From: Terriglobia bacterium
GTDB taxonomy: Bacteria > Acidobacteriota > Terriglobia > JAIQFV01
Direction of reading: 5' to 3'
Length of the DNA: 64,000 nucleotides
Assembly (NCBI GenBank): GCA_020073085.1
Contig: JAIQFV010000002.1
Span: 376,875 to 440,874 of the forward strand
In this document: positions 59,962 to 64,000 of the stretch, in pieces
Layout: the number at the start of each line of letters is the position of its first letter
Numbering within the stretch: the stretch's first letter is position 1
Made by a program: the position numbers and the translations under genes
Notes under the pieces: model-generated
What the model saw: the letters and a program-made list of their open reading frames with translations, nothing else
Told to the model about the DNA's origin: nothing
Database searches by the model: none

Positions 59962-60475
59962 CAGGCCCGAAGGGCTGTCAGACTGTAGCCCCACCTGAAG
60001 CTCCGTCCCGCGTTCTTTGCGGGGCGGAGCGAGGGTGGGGTGCCAGTCTCCCCAATGATATCCGAGCCCCGCTGGCGGGGCGAAAGAATCTACCGAATGG
60101 TTCTTCGGACAACCCTACAATAATCCCCTGGCATGTTCCTCTCCGCACTGCTTTCTCTACCCCACGTTACCCTTACTCGTTTCACGAATTAGTGGACCCC
60201 AATTTCACCAGTCGAATTCTCGCAACGATATCGGAACAGTCGAGTTCTTCCTGGCAGCGGGAGCGCCCTCGGAAGATCTTGTTTCAGTGAGAGTGGCGTC
60301 CTCATTCCGAGTGCATGGAATCGAATATGTCATTCGGTGTACTTCGACCTGACGACATTGTTTCGCCCCGCAAGCGGGGCTCTCACATTTTCTCACCTCG
60401 GTACCCCACCCTCGCTCTCCGCCTACGGCGGACGGAGCTTCAGGTGGGGCTACAATCTGACAGCCCTTCGGGCCT
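59962..60475. mobile_element. about 515 bp non-coding element bounded by about 85 bp near-perfect terminal inverted repeats (MITE-like or structured RNA)
   Basis: Left end ggcccgaagggctgtcagactgtagccccacctgaagctccgtcc...cggagcgagggtggggtgcc is the reverse complement of the right end (60400-60475) apart from a few mismatches and one indel; each end also folds locally; sub-terminal hairpins GCCCCGC-tgg-CGGGGC and GCCCCGC-aa-GCGGGGC; no credible ORF. Confidence 0.5.
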
Positions 60476-60658
60476 AAAGGGCCAAAAGGGTTACTCGAGA
60501 AGCATCCACTAATGGGAATCGAATCTTCCTCCGACATTGATCGTGGCCTTCAACTTTGGAATTCGGGTCAACAGCGTTTCACCTCTTTGCTCGATCCCGT
60601 TCAGGGCGACCAGGCTGGTCGCCCTACCGCAGGGGTTCCAGCAACCGCTTGTGTCCCC

Positions 60659-61048
60659 TTATTTTTCCCGGTGATTTGAGTCCTTCCCCTCCGATTCCTT
60701 TGCTGAATCCAGCTTCCAGCCCTCCCGGATCGTGGTGCCCCCGCAGTAGGTCTTCGGGCAGCGGACATCATTCAGGCATTGCAGGATGGGGTTGCACGCA
60801 TCTTCCGCCGACTCGTCTTCCTTCATCGGGGCAGACTCTTTGCACGCGCCTGAATAGGCCGGATTGGTGAAAGTGCACATCGCCGTGGTGGCATTCGTAC
60901 TCAAACGCGGCAAAGGGACAGGACAAGAGCCGCCAAACAACGGGGTGGCGGCCACAATCAGGACCAGACAAGCCGCCATCGTGATAAGGAATGGGGATGT
61001 GTTGATAGATTTTGAGTCAACTGAAAGAGAATGACAAACACGCTTCAT
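60659..61048 (-). CDS. hypothetical Cys-rich secreted protein
   Basis: Signal peptide (MKRVCHSLSVDSKSINTSPFLITMAACLVLIVAA), ten or more Cys in the mature part; AAGGAGGAACC ribosome-binding site. Confidence 0.4.
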   Translation of the reverse strand: MKRVCHSLSVDSKSINTSPFLITMAACLVLIVAATPLFGGSCPVPLPRLSTNATTAMCTFTNPAYSGACKESAPMKEDESAEDACNPILQCLNDVRCPKTYCGGTTIREGWKLDSAKESEGKDSNHREK

Positions 61049-61072
61049 GGTTCCTCCTTTGAATCCCGGTCC

Positions 61073-61205
61073 TCGACTAATACGAACGTCGTTGAAAATG
61101 TACAAAATCGTGCGCGATTCAACGTAGGGGCGCATAGTCCGCCGCGGCGGACGCCCCTACAGCGAAGATTCCACAACTACCCCATGTAACTCTAATTCTA
61201 ACGTG
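61073..61205. repeat. about 130 bp repeat, copy 2 (GC hairpin with 5 nt bulge)
   Basis: Aligns with 8153-8282; hairpin GGGGCG-catag-TCCGCCGC/GCGGCGGACGCCCC and shared tgtaactcta; begins about 25 bp upstream of the start codon of the 60659-61048 gene. Confidence 0.7.
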
Positions 61206-61337
61206 TGTATTAAAAGGCCAGTAAAATCTCACAGGATACACGTGAATGAATGGCCATAATCAAATTGTTCCTGGAGGGACACCTCATCGACCAACCATGA
61301 AGAAGACCGCTCATTCAGCGTGACCGCATTCAAGGAT

Positions 61338-62933
61338 TCAACTTATCGCATCCCTTGAAAAAGTCCCGTCGACCATCCGTGAGATCCCCAGCGGGTTATT
61401 GTCCTTGAGTTCGTCGGGCAGGGCCGTCTCCGGAAAGGATTGATAGCACACGGGCCTTACAAAGCGATAGATGGCTCGAGCACCGACGGAAGTTGTACGT
61501 CCATCTGAGGTTGCGGGATAGGGTCCCCCGTGCACCATGGCGTTCGAGACCTCGACGCCCGTGGGGAAGCCATTGAAGATCAGCCGGCCCACCCTGGTTT
61601 CCAGGATCGCCAGGAGGTCCCTGAACTCTTCGAGATCCTTCTCGGTCCCATGGAGCGTCGCTGTGAGTTGTCCCTCCATCGTCCGCGCTACGTCCAGCAA
61701 TTGCTCCCGGTTTGAATGCATAACCAGCAGTGTCGTGGGACCGAAGATTTCTGCGCTCAGTTCGGGATGAGAGAGGTACGATGCTGCGTCGACAAGAAAA
61801 AGAGCCGGGCCGGCCTGGCAGCCCCCAGGTGCAGTGCGGATCGTATGCCCGACGACAGTCTTGACGCCACGGCGTTCCGACCGGGCTGACACTGCGGCAT
61901 GATACGCGGAGGAGATGCCCGGCGTGAGCATGGTGAACTCCCCGAAATTTCCCATCAGGGCCCGCATTTTTTCCACAAAAGCATCCCCCTCCGCGTCCTT
62001 CGCCATCACTACCAATCCTGGATTCGTGCAGAACTGGCCCGCGCCCAGTGTCACCGAACTGCTCAATCCTGCCGCGATTTGATCCCGTTTTTCCCGCATC
62101 GCGCCGGGAAGAATGAAAACAGGGTTGACGCTGCTCATTTCGGCGAAGAACGGAATGGGAACGGGTCGGGATGAAACCGCACCCATCAATGCAAGGCCAC
62201 CGGAGCGCGATCCCGTAAAGGCGGCAGCCCTTACCAACGGATGTTTGACGAGCGCTGTCCCGATTTCAAATCCGGCATCGTACAGAAGCGAGAAGACACC
62301 TTCGGGGAGGTGGCAGTCGCGCACGGCATCCTGGACTGCCCGTCCCACCAGTTCGGAGGTTCCGGGATGGGCGGGGTGTGCCTTCACGATGACGGGATTC
62401 CCCGCTGCCAGCGCCGAAGCGGTATCGCCGCCCGCTACCGAAAATGCCAGAGGGAAATTGCTCGAACCAAACACGGCCACCGGACCCAGGGGCCTAAACA
62501 GGGACCGGACATCCGGCCGGCGTTGAGGCTCGCGGTGGGGGTCGCCTCGATCGATCCGGGCATCAATCCACGAGCCCTCTTCAACCAGATCAGCAAAGAG
62601 CCGCAGCTGATGGCAGGTGCGACCGATCTCGGTTTGAATCCGAGCCGCCGGCAAGCCGGTCTCCTGGGGAGTGCGCACGAGAAGAAGTTCTCTAAGGCCG
62701 TCAACACGATCTGCAACCATGCGGAGAAACACTGCTTTCTCTCGGCCTGAAGCGTGGCTGTAAACCGCGAATGCTCGAGCTGCCAGCTCCACGGCTTCGC
62801 CGACTTCCTCCAGACTGGCGGAATAATAGGCCGGGGGGATCTGTTCACCGGTCGCTGGATTAATGCCATACAGGACCTTGCCTTGAAATGTCCCAGGGTG
62901 AAATCCGATGATCGACCTGCCAGTGAGTTCCAC
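61338..62933 (-). CDS. NAD(P)-dependent aldehyde dehydrogenase (alpha-ketoglutarate-semialdehyde dehydrogenase-like)
   Basis: Aldehyde dehydrogenase family with catalytic Cys region (GAGQFCTNPG) and Glu region (FAEMSSVNP); GTG start with AAGGAGGG ribosome-binding site overlapping the upstream stop. Confidence 0.85.
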   Translation of the reverse strand: MELTGRSIIGFHPGTFQGKVLYGINPATGEQIPPAYYSASLEEVGEAVELAARAFAVYSHASGREKAVFLRMVADRVDGLRELLLVRTPQETGLPAARIQTEIGRTCHQLRLFADLVEEGSWIDARIDRGDPHREPQRRPDVRSLFRPLGPVAVFGSSNFPLAFSVAGGDTASALAAGNPVIVKAHPAHPGTSELVGRAVQDAVRDCHLPEGVFSLLYDAGFEIGTALVKHPLVRAAAFTGSRSGGLALMGAVSSRPVPIPFFAEMSSVNPVFILPGAMREKRDQIAAGLSSSVTLGAGQFCTNPGLVVMAKDAEGDAFVEKMRALMGNFGEFTMLTPGISSAYHAAVSARSERRGVKTVVGHTIRTAPGGCQAGPALFLVDAASYLSHPELSAEIFGPTTLLVMHSNREQLLDVARTMEGQLTATLHGTEKDLEEFRDLLAILETRVGRLIFNGFPTGVEVSNAMVHGGPYPATSDGRTTSVGARAIYRFVRPVCYQSFPETALPDELKDNNPLGISRMVDGTFSRDAIS

Positions 62934-62947
62934 GAGGTTCGCCCTCC

Positions 62948-63847
62948 TTAAATCACGGGCCGATTGTTGAGCGTTTCGTGAATAACTGCCAAGACCGCTT
63001 CCCGCTCCTCGCCCACTAGCTCCAGACGGGGCGGCCGCACGCGTGCATTGCCCATGCCAACCTCCTGCTGCACCAGCTTGATCAATTGAACGAACTTCGG
63101 GACGGTGTCCATTCGGAGCAGAGGCAGGAACCAGTGATATAACGGGTCCGCTTTCGGGCGATCGCCTTTCATGGTGTGGTTGAACAGATCCACGGACTCC
63201 TTGGGCAACGCGTTCGCAAGGCCTGCGATCCATCCCGCCGCACCCATGGTAATGCCTTCGACAATGGCATCATCGACACCCACAAAAATGGCCAGACGAT
63301 CACCGGTCAACGCCCGGATAGCGGTCACACGCCGGATATCGGTGCTGGATTCCTTGACGGCGTCAAGGTTTCCGTGCTCTGAAGCCAGTTCGTGAATATG
63401 TTCCGGCAAGAAATCGGTACCGTACGCGACCGGATTGTTGTAAAGCATGCAGGAAAGCCGGGTGGCGGAGAGAATGGAGGAGACATAAGCCTTCATTTCG
63501 CGCCAGTCACCTCGATAGACATAAGGAGGCAACACCATCAATCCGCGGCAACCCTGGTCCGCAGCGAGCCGGGCCATCGTCATACCTTCAGCGGTGCTCA
63601 ACGCCGAAATTGCTGCAACGACCGGCACGCGATCTCCCACGGCCCGCACGCAGGTGCGCCAGAGGTCGCCTTTCTCGCTGCCGGTCAGCGTGGCCCCTTC
63701 GCCCAGCGACCCGGGCGTTACCATGCCCGTGCAACCGTGTTCGACCAGCCATTGACAATGACGGGCGACAAACCCGTGGTCCACACTCAGATCTTCCTTG
63801 AAGTTGGTCGTGATAGCAGGCATCACGCCTTTCCATTGCAGAGTCAT
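62948..63847 (-). CDS. dihydrodipicolinate synthase family aldolase/dehydratase (DapA-like)
   Basis: DapA/NAL-family TIM barrel; GxxGE-type motif (TPGSLGEG) and conserved Lys/Tyr region. Confidence 0.85.
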   Translation of the reverse strand: MTLQWKGVMPAITTNFKEDLSVDHGFVARHCQWLVEHGCTGMVTPGSLGEGATLTGSEKGDLWRTCVRAVGDRVPVVAAISALSTAEGMTMARLAADQGCRGLMVLPPYVYRGDWREMKAYVSSILSATRLSCMLYNNPVAYGTDFLPEHIHELASEHGNLDAVKESSTDIRRVTAIRALTGDRLAIFVGVDDAIVEGITMGAAGWIAGLANALPKESVDLFNHTMKGDRPKADPLYHWFLPLLRMDTVPKFVQLIKLVQQEVGMGNARVRPPRLELVGEEREAVLAVIHETLNNRPVI

Positions 63848-64000
63848 AATTCACCCTCGACAGACGACGCCTTTCGACTTTCGGGGACACCGGACGTCGA
63901 CGCCAGACTGTCCAATCGGACAGGAAAGATTGGAGGCCGAACCGACTTCGGAATCCAATGAAACAGGAACTCAACCGCCGATCCGCAGATCCGTCCCTGG

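Noticed and set aside
1-64000. tRNA, rRNA, tmRNA, RNase P RNA or SRP RNA genes
   Set aside because: No T-loop-like GGTTCGAATCC-type motifs in intergenic regions and no conserved cores of these RNAs were seen by eye; a proper scan with dedicated tools would still be worth running.

Overview
This 64 kb window looks like a GC-rich chromosomal region from an environmental Gram-negative bacterium (gene content suggests an Acidobacteria-like organism, but that is a guess). I call about 52 protein-coding genes, mostly housekeeping and stress functions: MsrA, GlpX, HtpX, ClpB, Hsp20, RlmI, QueA, class II ribonucleotide reductase NrdJ, a succinate dehydrogenase cluster (sdhA, then sdhC-sdhD-sdhB), an ECF sigma/anti-sigma pair, a large PAS-rich hybrid histidine kinase, and assorted hydrolases and dehydrogenases. 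Products are assigned from motifs I recognise in the supplied translations, not from database searches. I found no rRNA, tRNA or CRISPR array. The most unusual content is non-coding. (1) At least ten gene boundaries carry a bipartite element: two low-complexity inverted-repeat arms flanking a unique 90-150 bp core, with the arms falling into about four recurring sequence flavours. (2) A tandem array of five copies of a 36 bp core at 93-104 bp spacing abuts one of these elements. (3) A ~515 bp element is bounded by ~85 bp near-perfect terminal inverted repeats with nested hairpins. (4) A ~130 bp repeat occurs twice, each time just upstream of a gene for a secreted protein. (5) A decayed REP-associated tyrosine transposase (RAYT) fragment sits next to GCAGACG..CGTCTGC palindromes. 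The bipartite family is my best candidate for an undescribed system, but I cannot assign it a function from sequence alone. CDS coordinates are taken from the ORF track, with starts adjusted by whole codons where a better ribosome-binding site or signal peptide was evident; non-coding coordinates were hand-counted and may be off by 1-3 nt.
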